Origin: Prorocentrum cordatum
Lineage: Eukaryota
Assembly: GCA_963575745.1 (NCBI GenBank)
Contig: CAUYUJ010000214.1
Coordinates: forward strand, 310,001 to 374,000
Direction: 5' to 3'
Length of the DNA stretch: 64,000 nucleotides
Both the position numbers and the translations under genes were made by a program. Shown here one piece after another: positions 51,210 through 63,433 of this stretch (its first letter is position 1; the number at the start of each line of letters is the position of its first letter). The notes beneath the pieces are model-generated. The model saw only the letters and a list, made by a program, of their open reading frames with translations. It had not been told where the DNA came from and did not search any database.

Positions 51210-54200
51210 ATGGATCTCAGGCAGCTGTCCTGGCTCCGTGTGAGATGCTGAACTCTCCTCTGGCGGCGGTCGCCCGCGTGGCGGTGCTCGTGCGCGCGCA
51301 GACTTGGTGGTTTCGTCCGGCGGGTTTCACGGGGGGGCCTTTCTGGGCTGCGAGGGGCATCGCTGCGGGGTGCACCTCTGCGGCGAGCCTCCTCGGGGCG
51401 CGTTCCGCGGGGGCCCTGCGCCGCCCGGCCCGGCGCTGCCGCCGCAGGTGCAGTTCAAGATGTGCATCGACGCTCGCGGCCTGTCTGCTACAGGGCCGGC
51501 GGACTACGTCCTGGCTCGGTTGCCTCCCGCGGCGTCGCGGTTGCGCCGCGCGCTGCAGGCGGGCGCGGGCGCGACTGTGTCTGGCGGCCCTGGCAAGAAG
51601 TCGCTCGTCTGTTCCTCGCGCTTGCTGGGCAAGCGGCTGGGCGCGCGCTTTGGAGGCTCCGCAGGACCTCTAGCTTCTCCTGCTGACGACTTGGGCGTCG
51701 ACGACGCTGCAGGCAGGTCTCGCCGGTTGACGGGGCGCTCGAGCATGGCTGGGGCTGGGGAGGTGGTATCCAGGAGGTGGCGCGGCGGACTTGCACGACC
51801 ACGTCCGACCATCGGCGGGCGAGTCACTGGAAACGTGTTTGCGCGGTTTGGCCATGGCTGGCAACGTTTTCGGGGCTGGCATCCACAGGGTTCACGGATC
51901 GCGGGTTCCTGCTATTCGGACAGCAGGCGCGTTCGGTCCTCCAGCCTTCGGCTACAGGCAGGTCGTTGAAGTTCGGACTTGGGGCTAAGCTCAACCTGAA
52001 CCGTCGGGCTTGCGTTGGTGGTGGTTCGCAGTAGCTTCGGCGCTCTCAGCTCGCTCTCTTTCAAAAGGGTTGTGTTCGCGCGACCTTACCCTGGCGCTGT
52101 TTTCGCCGGGCAACGAGCGGCAGATTGGGGCTGCCAGATTGTCGCGACGCGCTCGCCGTGCCTGAGCCGCCCTGACACTCGACGGCGTCGTCCGTGGCAT
52201 TGCGAGGCGGCGCCACAGGAAAGGGGCGAGATCTCGAAGGGGGATGTCTCGATGTGGGCGGGCGAGGCCAGCGACGCGTGGGCGTGCTCATCCTGCTGAG
52301 GAGCTTCAGGAGGGAAAAAAACACACAGGCACAAGTGATCGTCGATCCCGAGGAACATACGGGAAACGATGGGAAGCGGTGGGGGGGGAGAGACGAAAAC
52401 CCAGAAGACATGGGAAAATATGTGGGGCATCCTTTTCTATTTGTGTGTAGATTCCTTTGTGTGTCTCAGGGCCCCTTCGGAGTTCCCCAGGAGGAGGAGG
52501 AGGAGGAGGAGGAGGAGGAGGAGGAGGAGGAGGGGAGGAGGAGGAGAGGAGGAGGAGGAGGAGGAGGAGGAGGAGGAGGAGGAGGAGGAGGAGCACAGGT
52601 CGAGCGGGGGCCCCGGGGCCCGAGCAGGGGCTGCCTTGCTGGCGTCGTGTCTCCTCGGCGGGTGGGCGCGCGGTCGGAGACGGGGCCCCCTCACGGCCGA
52701 GGCGCGGAGAAGGCAGGGGAGGAGGAGGAGGAGGAGGAGGAGGAGGAGGAGGAGGAGGAGGAGGAGGAGGAGGAGGAGGAGAGGAGGAGGAGGAGGAAGA
52801 GGAGGAGAGGAGGAAGGAGGAGGGAGGAGGAGGAGAGGAGAGGAGAGGAGGAGGAGGAGGAGGAGCGGAGGCACAGCTGTCGAGCGGGGGGCCCCGGGGT
52901 CCCGAGCAGGGGCTCCCTTGCTGGCGGCGGTCTCCTCGGCGGGGGGCGCGCGGTCGGGGACGGGGCCCGCTCCACCGGCCGAGGCGCGGAGAGGAAGAGC
53001 AGGGAGGAGGGGAGGAGTAGGGGAGGAGGAGGAGGAGGAGGAGGAGGAGGACGGAGGAGGAGGAGGAGGAGGAGGAGGAGGAGGAGGAGGAGGAGGAGGA
53101 GGAGGAGGAGGAGGAGGAGGAGGAGGAGGAGAGGAGGAGGAGGGAGGAGGAGGAGGAGGAGGAGAGGAGGAGGAGGAGAACGAAGAGAGGATGGAGAAGG
53201 GGAGGAGGAGGGGAGGAGGAGGAGGAGAGGAGGAGGAGGGAGGAGGAGGAGGAGGAGGCACAGCGTCGAGCGGGGGCCCCGGGGCCCGAGCAGGGGCTCC
53301 TTGCTGGCGGCGTGTCTCTTCGGCGGGGGGCGCGCGGTCGGAGACGGGGCCCGCTCCACCGGCCGAGGCGCGGAGAAGAGCAGGGGAGGAGGAGGAGGAG
53401 GAGGAGGAGGAGGAGGAGGAGGAGGAGGAGGAGGAGGAGGAGGAGGAGGGAGGAGGTAGGAGGAGGAGGAGGAGGAGGAGGAGGAGGAGGAGGAGGAGGA
53501 GGAGGAGGAGGAGGAGGAGGAGGAGGAGGAGGAGGAGGAGGAGGGGGAGGAGCGGAGGAGGGAGGAGGAGGAGGAGGAGGAGGAGGAGGAGGCGAGGGGC
53601 TCGGTGTTCCTTTTGGGTTCCTCCGGTGCTGCTCCTCGTGCCCTCCTTGGGCACGGGGAGGCGCTCACAGGGCCAGCGAAGGGGCGCTCACAGGGCCAAC
53701 GAAGGGGCCAACGACGGGTCCCTTTCCACAGTCAAGACGCTGAAGCAGGGAGCAGCTTGGGCTCGGCGAGGGGCTCGGTGTTCCTCGGGCTCCTCCGGTG
53801 CTGCTCCTCTTGCCCTCCTGCGGCACGGGGAGGCGCTCACAGGGCCAACGAAGGGGCGTCGTTCCCTCTCTCGCGCTCCGTCTTTCGGCGGCCCGACTGC
53901 ACAGTGCCGCTTTTGATACATGCTCCGCGTGCGGATCATGCAGTAAACAGGCAGGGATTTGGTATTACAAGCAACGATGAGTTCATGCATAAATTTACTC
54001 CTGCATGAATCATGTATCAAAATTCCTATAGTTCTAGAAATCCCATGTGCCAAACACTGCCCTGCAGAAGGGCCGCGAGGGAGTCGAGTCGTGCTGGTGG
54101 GGCCCCGCCGCTCCGGAGCCGCCCCGCGGGGGGCCTCGAGGCTCCTCGGAGTGCTCTTTTGGGGGGCCCGCGCGGGCCACCCCCCGGCCGCGGTCGCCGC

Positions 54201-55951
54201 GGGCGGCAGAGTCTCGCAGCTGCAGCAGAGTCGCTGCACCCGAGGCTCGCTGCTGGTCGAGTACCGGGGCCCGCCCATGGACCGAGCCGGGCTGCTGCGG
54301 TTCGTGGTCTCGCTGCGGCAGAGTTTCGCCGCGGGCTGCCCCAGAGTGGACCTGTGGCAGTCGGCGCACGGAGAGGCAGCATGCTGCCAAGTAATCGTTC
54401 CAGACGTCTACGGCATGTTTCAAGCATGTTCCAAAGCTGTTTAAAAAAGAGCACGTGTCTGACACGTGTTTAGAGCACGGCTTACACATGTGAGGCACAT
54501 GTTTGAACTCAAGAGTGTCTATTGCCATGGCCTCCACAACAATGGACTGCCAGAGTTGCGCTGGCGTTCGCGCACTGCCGTGGGCAGAGCAGCGTTCGCC
54601 CGAGAGGGCGCGCGCTGGCGCGGCCCAGTCCTGCGGGCCCCCTCGTCGGGGAGCTGCGCCGCGCGCGAGGTCGGGGCGCGCCGGTCCGTCGAGGGGTCCG
54701 AGCATGGCCGGGGCGCGCGCACTTGCGCGAGGGCAGCCGCGCTGTCGACGTGTCTGCGGAGGCCGCCGCGTGGATCCACCGCGCCTGGCATCGCTCGGAC
54801 GTGTGCCTTTTTCCTTCGGCGAGGGCCATCGAGGAGCATCCTCGATCATTTGGCGAAACAGCCACGCGCGAAGCCGAAAGAAACACGGGGAATGGACGTC
54901 CGAGCGATGGCGAGGGTCGTGGTCCTGGGCGTCTCTGGCAGCGTCCTGTCGCGTTTCTGCGGGCTCGGGTCGACCGCGGAGCCTCCCAGGAACATCAGCC
55001 GTGGAGGCGTCTGTCGCGTTTCTGTGGGCTCAGGTCGACCGCGGAGCCTCCCGGGAGCATCAGCCGTGGAGGCGTCGGCGTCGGGACGCCTGCTCTCGCT
55101 GCTCTGGGGCACGAGGTGCAGTTGTCGATGCCGGTGGCGGCTGTGCTGTTGTCGTGCGCCTCTTCTAAAAAGTTGTTCCACTGGAGACGGACACTTGCGT
55201 GGTTTGAAAGCCGTATGCTGTATGCCTGCCCTTTACCGACGTCGGGGGGCCAGGACAGACGGTACTCGTGGAGGCTGATCTCCCAAGGCAGGCACCTGGA
55301 GCGCGACGGAGTTGCGCTCCCTGCCGGCCCGCGGCGACATTCTGGAAGTGGGGCGGCCCCGCCCCCCCCTCGAGCCTCACCCCCCCTCGGAAAAGGGGGA
55401 GGGCGGTGCTCGCCTCGTGTCGAAGATGCTGCGGGTCTTGGCGGTGGCGAGCGGCAGCCGCGCCCGAGCTTCTGCCTCGGCCGCGTCCTGCCCAGGGCCT
55501 GGCTCGGGGCCGCCGCTCCGGGTCTGGCCTCTGCTCTGCCTTCCTCGGGGGGGGGGGCGGGCGGTGGGCCGCTGGGCAGCTCTGCCTCGGTGGCGCCGGC
55601 TCGGCGGCCGCCCGCCAGGCTCCCTCCTATTCGCCGGCACGGGACCGCGCCGCCGGCTCGCTGGCTTCGTCGGCCAGCCAGCGGGCGAGTCACCCCGTCG
55701 CCGGCTCTTCTCGTATCGGGCCCCTCGGTGGACTCGCCCACCGCCTCGGGAGTCCAGGGGCAGCCTGGTGCCGTGCAAGCAAAGATCCTCCTCCTCCTCG
55801 TCGTCGTCGTCCTCCTCCTCCTCCTCCTCCTCCTCCTCCTCCTTTTCCCACGGCTCAGGACCGCCGACGCCTCCTGGGCGTCACGCGTGCTGTGCCTCTT
55901 CGTGCCCACGCTGTGCTGCGCCCCCGCGCAGTGTCAGGGCGCGGCCGCGGA
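51210..55951 (+). CDS. Multi-exon host gene of unknown function; 3' end not resolved (may extend to ~58700)
   Basis: Exons ~51210-51237, 51302-51369, 51448-51558, 52219-52261, 54245-54375, 54732-54800, ~55288-55352 and ~55859-55951. They splice to ...GHRCG|VQFKMCIDARG...RLRRALQ|ERGEISKGDVSMWA|GSLLVEYRGPPMDRAGLLRFVVSLRQSF...HGE|GSRAVDVSAEAAAWIHRAW. Confidence 0.55.
52594..53380. repeat. Three ~120-bp GC-rich units separated by variable (GAG)n spacers
   Basis: gtcgagcggggg...cccgagcaggggct.ccttgctggcg...gcgcggtcgg.gacggggccc...cggccgaggcgcggaga at ~52594, ~52871 and ~53259. Confidence 0.85.
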
Positions 55952-56124
55952 GGCGCGCCGCCGCCTTTTGCTTTTCTGCTTTTTGTTGCGTGGCGCCGCC
56001 GTCGGAGGGCATCGAGCGAGCGAGGAGGGAGGGAGGAGGGAGGGAGAGAGGAGAGAGGAGGGAGGGAAGAAAGGGGAGGGAGGAGGAAGAGGAGGAGGAG
56101 GAGGAGGAGGAGGAGGAGGAGGAC

Positions 56125-57815
56125 CAGTGCAAACCCAAGAGTCACCACAGATGTTGGAAGAGAGCCTCCCTCCAAGCTCCCTGTTCATAGGCCCCTACAG
56201 CGGTTCATTCTACTGAGGGAACAGTTTCGTTGGAGGGCAACCGTTTGAAGACCCTGAAGCATGCCAAAACATTGTTCTCGCGATTCCAGCGCCACAGATC
56301 AACCTGACTGATGCGTGTTGACGATCCTGAGTCGTGCCAGAACGCCACGCCCGGGATTCCAGCATTGCAAATCAACTAGATGTTGCACCCTCATCATCCT
56401 GAGTCCGTTCGGAACGCCATTCCTGGTACGCCGATCACGGGAATCCGTGAAGTGTTTGCCAGTTGTAAGAACGAGCCTCCTCCTCCTCATCCTCCTCCTC
56501 CTCCTCCTCCTCCTCCTCTTCCTCCTCCTCGCAAAGGCGAGGGCCACACTCTGAAAACACGGCCCGCCCTCCGTCCGGGAAGCTCTCGCCAGCTGCAAGA
56601 CGAGTGCGCGCGGCGCTACGGCGAGAACCTCAGTTTGACAACGGCCCGCCGTCCACTTGTGAAGCTCTCGTACGTTTTCAAAGAGGTGCGCGCGGCGCTA
56701 AGGCGAGAGCCACATGTTGAAAGCCACCCGCCCTCACTCCGTGACATGTCTGCAGATGTGTAAGACAAGTGTGCGCGGCGCGACCGCGAAAACCACAGTA
56801 TGAAAACGGCCCGCCCTCCATCTGTGAAGCGGTTGCAAAGTTTCAACTTTCAGGGATCTAAGTTCTGCCGTTTTCTCAGGCGAAACGCCCAGCTTGCCCT
56901 AAAAACTGGTTTCGGGGAGCGACAGGGGGAAGTTATGCATTAGGTCATGGAATGGAAGAGGTGGAGGAGGAGGAGGGGGAGGAGGAGGAGGAGGAGGAGG
57001 AGGAGGAGGAGGAGGAGCAGTGTAAACCCAAGAGTCATCAACGACGTTGGAATCAACCCTCCCTCCAAGCTCCCTCTTCCTGGGCCCCATACAGCGGTTC
57101 ATTTCCGAACACAACTGTTTGAAGACCCTGAAGCATGCCAAAACATTGTTCGCGATATTCCAACGCCACGGATCAACCTGATTGTTGCACCAACGCCGTT
57201 TTTGGGATTTCAACACCGCGAACAAAGGTAACTGTTGCACCCCCATAATCCTGAATCTTTTCAAGACAACATTTCTGGTACGTTGATCCTGGAAATCCGT
57301 GAAAGTCTTGCAAATTGTCTAAACGAAGATGCGCGGCGCCAAAGCGAGAGCCACATTTTGAAAACGGCTCGCCCTCCATCCGTGAATCTCTTGTAATGTG
57401 TAAAACGGATGCGCGCTGCGCTAAGGCGAGAGCAACATGCTGAAAACGGCCCGCCCTCCATCTGCGAATTTCTTGCCATTTTTTGAAAACGAATATGCGC
57501 GGCGCTAAGGCGAGAGTCAACTTTTGAAAACGGCCCTCCGTCCAATTGTGAAGCTCTTGTATTGTTTACAACGAGTGTGCGCGGCGCTAAGGCGAGAGCC
57601 ACATTTTGAAAACCAGCCGCCCTCCATCCGTGAAGCTGTTGTAGTTTTAAGATATGAATGTGCGCGGCACTGAGGCGAGAGCAACATTTTGAAACGGTCC
57701 GCCCTCCATCTGCGAATCTGTTGCCAAGTGTCAAGCTTCAGGGCCATATATGGTGAGGAGGTCTCCGGCGAAACGCCAGGCCCGTCCTAGAAACTTGCCT
57801 CGGGGTTCGGCAGGG
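56125..57815. mobile_element. Two tandem copies (56125-~56930 and 57018-~57815) of the ~800-bp repeat seen at 27642
   Basis: Same head, ~80-bp tandem array and tail; each copy is preceded by (GAG)n. Confidence 0.8.
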
Positions 57816-57954
57816 AGACGTCTTTGCCAGGAGAAGGAAGAGGAGAGGAAGAGGAAGAGGAGGAGGATGAGGAGGAGGAAGGGGGTTTGGGCGGCGTCCT
57901 CGCCCTGGGATGCTCTCCACCAGTCTGCGCCTCGGCGAGAGCGTTCCGGGCGTA

Positions 57955-58339
57955 CCCAGATCGCGCCGATCGGCTGCTAGAGGCCCGAGTCCTGGTCCGA
58001 AAACACAAAATCTCGCGCAGTGAGAAAATCGTGACGGACGTTTTTTATGTTCGGCCTCCGGGGGCCTTCGACGGGCCAAGGGGCCGTCGAACATCTATCA
58101 GGATGGGCCCTGTGAAAAAGATCCGTGTCTGCGTTTATTCGGCGCCGCGGTAGGAGGGCGACTTCCAAGGCACTGAACAATTCAAAACTGAGGTTCTTCA
58201 GCTTTTTCGGCCTTTGCGGGCCCTCGCTGGGTCCTGGGACCATCGGAAAACGACTGAGGACGAAAAGCTGGCCCTGGGGAATGGGTCGAGACCTCTGGGG
58301 GTCGACGGTGTGGAGAAGTCATGGCGTCGGAGGTCTGGG
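57955..58339. mobile_element. 385-bp non-autonomous element with CCCAGA ends and a TA 2-bp TSD
   Basis: ta|cccagatcgc...cggaggtctggg|ta; internal tatgttcggcctccgg is shared with 15634-15822. Confidence 0.6.
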
Positions 58340-58809
58340 TAGGAGGGTGCAGCCGAACCGAGGTGGAGGGTCGAGGTCACTTCGGGGAGGTTAGCCTGAT
58401 GTATTTCGTGCTTCGTGGATGTTCTTGTGCATTCTGTGGACGGTACCCTCGGATGTTCTGTGTGTTTTGGCCGGCGGAGGGTCTCATGTGTGAAGAGTGC
58501 ACTCCCCTGCCCCTCTGCCGCCCGTGCCACCGTGTGCGCATGATGTGCATGCTTTTCATGTTTGTGGCATGCACGCTGCTCGCCGCTGTTTTGGCCCTAG
58601 TCCTAGGGCCCTGGGACTGCACCCGCAGTTTGACCGCCGCGCGGTCCGAGCGAAAACAACTGCACTGACATCATGTTATTGCAGGAGGTTTCTCTGTCTC
58701 AGGTCCGATTGTAGCCGACTGTAGTGAGGCCCGCCGCCGCCAACGTGGGCCTTCGGTTACCTCCGTCCCTTCTGCTCTTTCTTCGGCGCCGCCATCTGAG
58801 GGCAGCGAT

Positions 58810-59470
58810 CGAGGAGGGAGGGAGGAGGGAGGAGGGAGGAGGGAGGAGGGAGGGCGGAGGGCGGAGGGCGGAGGGCGGAGGGAGGAGGAAGGGAGGAGGG
58901 AGGATGGAGGAGGGAAGGAGCGAGGAGGGAGGGAGGGCGGGAGGGCGGGGAGGGCAGGAGGGGAGGGAGGGAGGGGGAGAGAGGAAGGGGCGGGGGAAAG
59001 CGGGAGGGAGGCGGAAGGAGCGGAGGAGGAGGAGGAGGAGGAGGAGGAGGAGGAAAGAGGAAGGAGGGAGGATTGAGGAGGAGGGAGGAGGAGGAGGAGG
59101 AGGAGGAGGAGGAGGGAGGAGGAGGGAGGAGGAGGGAGAGGGGAGGAGGAGGAGGAGGGAGAGGAGAGAGGGGAGAAGGGAGGAAGGAGGAAAGGGGGGA
59201 GGGAGAAGGAGGAGGAGGAGGAGGAGGAGGAGGAGGAGAGGAGGAGGAGGAGGAGGAGGAGAGGAGGAGGAGGAGGAGGAGGAGGAGGAGGAGGGAAAAA
59301 GAGAGAGGATGAGGAGAAGGAGGAGGGAGGAGGAAGGAGGGAAGAAGGGAGGAAGGGAGGAAGGGGGGGAGGAGGAGGAGGAGGAGGAGGAGGAGGAGGA
59401 GAGGAGGAGGAGGAGGAGGAGGAGGAGGAGGAGGAGGAGGGAGGAGGAGGGAGTAGGGAGGAGGGAGGAC
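58810..59470 (+). repeat. (GAG/GGA)n-rich tract
   Basis: Direct reading. Confidence 0.95.
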
Positions 59471-59988
59471 CTTTCTTTGACCTTCGCTTCGCGGGGTGAA
59501 TCTAAGGAAGGCGAGCTGAATCAGCCAGCGACCGACCTTCGGGCCATGCCCACAGCGTTGCCGATGCAAATGCGGCTCCACCGGAGCCCTACCCGAGAGG
59601 GGGAGGAGGGCGGAGGAGGAGGAGAGGACAGAGAGGAGGAGAAGGCGGTGGAGGAGAAAATGCCTGAACCTCTGCCTCTTGCTGGGCTACCGAGCGTCTG
59701 CCAAACTTCTATCTGGCCAGCTCGTTATTGGACAGGCTCGCATTCGGCTCCTCCGATCCTGTCCTCAAGGACGGAGAACAGGGAGCAGATGATTGGGAAG
59801 AGGCCACCCTGAGACTAGGGTCAAGAAGGGCTCACCAGTTCCTCGACGGAGCTCATGTTGAGTTCCCCTCCAACCCCCCCGTTTGTCCCACCCCTTCCCG
59901 ACTGCCAGCCCAGGCCGACCCCTAGACGCCAACCTGCAGGTCTGGACTGTCTTGCACGGCGCGCCGTGGCAGGGCAAGCTAGGGTTAA

Positions 59989-60149
59989 GTCGGGCCCGTC
60001 CCTCTACAGGAGGAATATTCAAAAATAGTCAAAAAAATAGTCTGAGGACTATTGTTTAAGTATTTTTTGCTAGTTTGACAGTTTTGGAATACTTGTGGAC
60101 TATGCGTTATTCTTCGTCGAAAATCCCTCTGTAGAGGGACACGCCCGAC
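59989..60149. mobile_element. 161-bp MITE, family 1, copy 3
   Basis: ttaa|gtcgggcccgtccctctacaggagga...tccctctgtagagggacacgcccgac|ttac. Confidence 0.85.
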
Positions 60150-62100
60150 TTACAGCTAGGGGAGGGTGGCCACTTGCGCAGCTGCCCTTGGGTGCCAATC
60201 TCGGCGAAGGCTGCAGGGAGGAGTGGGGGGGGGAGAAGAGGGAATAGGTATCAGGGGGCCGGTGCCAAACCTCAGGGGAGGAAAAGGTACCCGTACCTCT
60301 ACCCCCCTCTCCTCCTGGGAGGCCTTCGTCGCCACCGCTGGGTTCGCCTCGAGATTCTGGTCAGGACGCACCCCGGGAGATGTCTGGGGGGTAGCGGTAT
60401 CGGTACCTTGTGGGCTCCCCAAAAACTTTGGTTTGGCCTGCCCCTCGGCACTGACGGCCTTCTTTGCCCTGCCAGTGCATGTAGCCGTGAAGCAATAATA
60501 TGAAGAAGTGAGCCCATTTGCCCAAAACCATCTAACCTCCCGCCCCCTACCTGGCGCTAGGCACGTTGGTGGGGGAAGGAGAGGAAGCTGGCGGGAGGGT
60601 AACGGTGCAGCCGAACTGGAAATGCAGCTTCCAGCGGAATCCACCGATGCACGCCTGCCTGGCCAAATCTAATAACTTGAGCTCTGCGCCAAATCTGCCT
60701 GGCCAAGTTTACTGCTCAGCGTTTGCATCAACCAATCAATGTGTCTTACTTGGCACGCTCGCCCGAACTATCTCTCAGCGGGCACATTCCAAAGACTGCC
60801 GGCACTGGCCGCGTGCGGGTCCTCCCGCACGAAGTGTAAGACGAATGCGGCTGTGGCGAGCCAGGGAGGGATGGAGGGAGGAGGAAAGAGGAGGAGGAGG
60901 AGGAGGAGGAGGAGGAGGAGGAGGAGGAGGAGGAGGAGGAGGGGGAGGAGGGAGGAGGGAGGAGGGAGGAGGGAGGAGGGAGGAGGGAGGAGGAGGAAAG
61001 AGCCAGGAGGGTGGGAGGGAGGGAGGAGGGAAGGAGCTAAAAGCGAGACCCTGTCCCGACCAGCAGGCTCAGCCTGAGCCTGACCCGATCCCCCCTCCTC
61101 GGGCCTGGGGCGCAGCTGCGGCGCCCTCACGCCTCGGCGCCTCCATCTGCTTGAGGGCCTGGGAATCCGCTTTCCCCGCATTGGGGGGATGAGTTAAACA
61201 GCAAGGGTCGCATGGTCAACCCACCGTGCACGGTGCCGAGAGGCCGCGGGGGTCTTACGAGAAGGATGCTTCCCAGCAGCGATCCGACGGAGGTTCTCTT
61301 GACCCTTGCGGCTGCGCTCGGGAGGGCATGCCCTGGCCACGCGACGGGGATCCGTGGTTGCCGTCCGCCCGCAGCGCGCACAGAAACGAAGGTCATGGAG
61401 GCCCCAAGCCCACAGCCTGTGGCCAGGGTGCCGCATAGCCGGTCCCACCCACTCAGGAGGAGAAAAAGCACACAGACACAATCAATCGTCGATTCCCTAG
61501 AACATATGGCAAAATATGGGCAGTGGGGGGAAGACAGACACCCAGAAAATATAGGAAACTATGGGGAGTCCTTTCATTTGTGTGTCCCAGGGCCCCTTCA
61601 CCCACACAGGCCCCACCAGCAGCCCGTACCACCGCCCCCGCCATGGTCGGACAGCCAGTCGGGCCTCCCTGGGCCCCAGCACATGCGCGTGGCCACGCGG
61701 CGACCAGCGAGACAGAGACGGCGATCCCCTGGCACGCCTGGCACTGCCGGCGGACCCCCGCTTCGACGAGCGCGCGGGGGGCGAGGCCCGCGGGCGCCAG
61801 GGCACGCCGCGAGGGGCGAAGCCTCCGCTCGCCCTCGGGGGCCCGGCCACGCGCCTTCCCAGGGGCCCACGGCAAGAGTGGCCAGGAGGGCCCTGCGAAT
61901 TCGAAACGTCTCGAGGTCGGCACGGTCGGTCGGACGTGGGTCGAAGGACTGCGAGGACAGTCCCCACCCCCTGGGCGCAGCGTTGCGTGCACCGGCACCC
62001 GCAGCAGCGTTACGGATGCAGTAGAACCGCTCCTTGTGGGTCCTGACTCTGTCGGGCGTCTGCGCAAGGTGGGAGGGGGTCCAAGCAACACTTCAAGATC

Positions 62101-62436
62101 CTACTCGATCACGAACCGACGCCCGAATGGCCTTCCACAGGTCCGCATCCTCTTCCGCTGGAAATTACAACGACCTCGAGATAACGCTGGATAGAGAGGC
62201 AAGTGATCAGTAACATACATAATGTCATGCGGCAGGAGTTCTAAAGCAAGCGGAACGGCCCTCAATTCAGCCCGAGGTACCGTCTGACGGCGACCAGACA
62301 AGGGAAGGGACGCTCCCCAGATGGGCCTCCACTGAGAGTTACTGCTGCCACGCGACTGCAAGACCACTATGCCAGCCCCACAGCGCCTTCTCCTAGGATC
62401 ACTCGAAAACTTTCCCACAGAGCCGTCTCTGAACAC
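62101..62436 (-). pseudogene. LINE-derived RNase H fragment
   Basis: FRDGS..DPRRRRCGAGIV..LSGRRQTVPRAELRAV..YVTDH; same motif order as the RNase H at 23635. Confidence 0.8.
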
Positions 62437-62729
62437 CGTGTCCTGGGCTCCAGGGGGGCTCTGAAGGTTACGGATCCCCGAACAAGAGCCAGGAGGGAGA
62501 GAGGGAGGGAGGGAGGGAGGGAGGGAGGGATGAGGAGGGGAGGAGGAGGAGGAGGTGGATGGAGGAGGAGGAGGAGGGGAGGAGGGGAGGAGGGGGAGGA
62601 GGAGGGGGAGGAGGAGGAGGGGAGGGAGGAGGGAGGAGGGAGGAGGGAGGAGGGAGGAGGAGGAGGAGGAGGAGGAGGATGAGGAGGAGGAGGAGGAACG
62701 AGCCAGGGAGGGAGGGGCTTCGTTCTTCG

Positions 62730-62910
62730 AGGCTCGGGCTTCGGGGTCTCTGGATCTTCCTGTGCCTCCTGGGGGTTCGAAGATCGGGGCTCGAGGATCG
62801 GGGCTCGAGACGTTTGGATCTTCCTGTGCCTCCTGGGGGTTCGAAGATCGGGGCCCGAGGATCGGGGTTCGAGACGTTTGGATCTTCCTGTGCCTCCTGG
62901 GGGTTCCCTG
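62730..62910. repeat. ~64-bp tandem repeat, about 2.5 copies
   Basis: ggatcttcctgtgcctcctgggggttc occurs three times. Confidence 0.85.
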
Positions 62911-63433
62911 GCGCCGCGGCCGAGTCCGGCTCGGAAAACTCTGGCCAGAGCGCGCCCCAGAAGAGGTTACCGAGACCTGGGCGTCACAGTTTCTCCCGAA
63001 AGCAGCCGGTCTATGAGGGTCTCACAGGGCCTTCTTCTGCTGTGTTGGGGCCGTCTTGGGGGCCTTTGGGGCCGTCGTGGAGCGACCTTGAAGGCTTCGT
63101 GGGCAGGCTTGGAGGGTCTCCTGGGGACCTTGTTGGGGGCCTTTGTTGGGGAGGGGCCGTGATCCGGAATCGGTGGGGCGCCGTGGTCTGCCGTGGTCTC
63201 CCGTGGTCTGCCGTTGTTTCCAGTTGTCGACCTGATCACGCTCTGGATGTCTCCGAGCATGCCCCGCTCTCCGCGCCGCGGTGTCAAGCTGTTCAGAGGG
63301 TCTTCGGCCGCAGGGGTGTCGTTCATGTCGCAGCGGGCGTTTTGGCCCGGCTCCGGGGGCCCCGGGACTAGGGCAGAACGGTCTGGCGGGAAGAGATGCC
63401 GCAGAAAGGCAAGGGCCAGGGCTCCAGTCGTGA

